The translations under genes were made by a program, and so were the position numbers. Below, one piece after another: positions 63,852-64,000 of a stretch of 64,000 nt of DNA; position 1 is the stretch's first letter; each line of letters starts with the position of its first letter. Where the stretch lies: assembly GCA_950097015.1 (NCBI GenBank), contig CATNEN010000001.1:4464001-4528000 (forward strand), read 5' to 3'. The stretch is from Macrostomum hystrix (Eukaryota > Animalia > Platyhelminthes). A model generated the notes under the pieces. That model worked only from the letters and a program-made list of their open reading frames with translations. It was not told the origin of the DNA and ran no database searches.

Positions 63852-64000
63852 ATGACTCGAGGCGGTGTGATGGACGCCGGGTTCGTCCTGAAGCTTGGCA
63901 GAATATTTAAGACACCTTACGGTGGTCACGGCGTCGATTTTATTGACCAGCTGAACTATCAGTTCACTGGCGGACTAATGACTATATTCATTGTGATCAT
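63852..64000 (+). CDS. inx: Innexin (gap-junction protein), N-terminus, truncated by the window edge
   Basis: Not in the ORF track. MTRGGVMDAGFVLKLGRIFKTPYGGHGVDFIDQLNYQFTGGLMTIFIVI contains the DFxDxLNYxxT motif leading into TM1, typical of innexins. The start may instead be the ATG at 63870. Confidence 0.88.
   Translation, partial: MTRGGVMDAGFVLKLGRIFKTPYGGHGVDFIDQLNYQFTGGLMTIFIVI

Overview
Eukaryotic (metazoan) genomic DNA with GT-AG introns and the standard code. By my rough tally about 45% of it is tandem repeat, in roughly 30 mostly locus-private mini- and microsatellites. The repeat load, the innexin style and the splice acceptors just upstream of start codons suggest a free-living flatworm such as Macrostomum (inference only). 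Five genes are supported: (1) a partial minus-strand single-pass membrane protein with a Cys-rich Ig-like ectodomain (exons 4067-3543, 1897-1808, 926-813, plus a candidate duplicated exon 3390-3307); (2) cyclin L (4 coding exons, 16619-23268); (3) LSm6 with an intronless CDS (25030-25272); (4) a 3-exon, ~542-aa disordered protein (35597-39327); (5) the 5' end of an innexin (63852->64000). Mobile DNA comprises two tRNA-derived SINE families, a hAT MITE with an 8-bp TSD that carries a 16-bp satellite, and a degenerate CCC-ended TIR element. Almost all long ORFs in the supplied track are translations of satellites. The most interesting signals show repeats interacting with gene structure: a candidate in-frame exon created by duplication into a satellite, a MITE associated with a dispersed satellite, a SINE hairpin turned into a minisatellite, a candidate truncating alternative acceptor in cyclin L, and a possible trans-spliced cyclin L-LSm6 operon.
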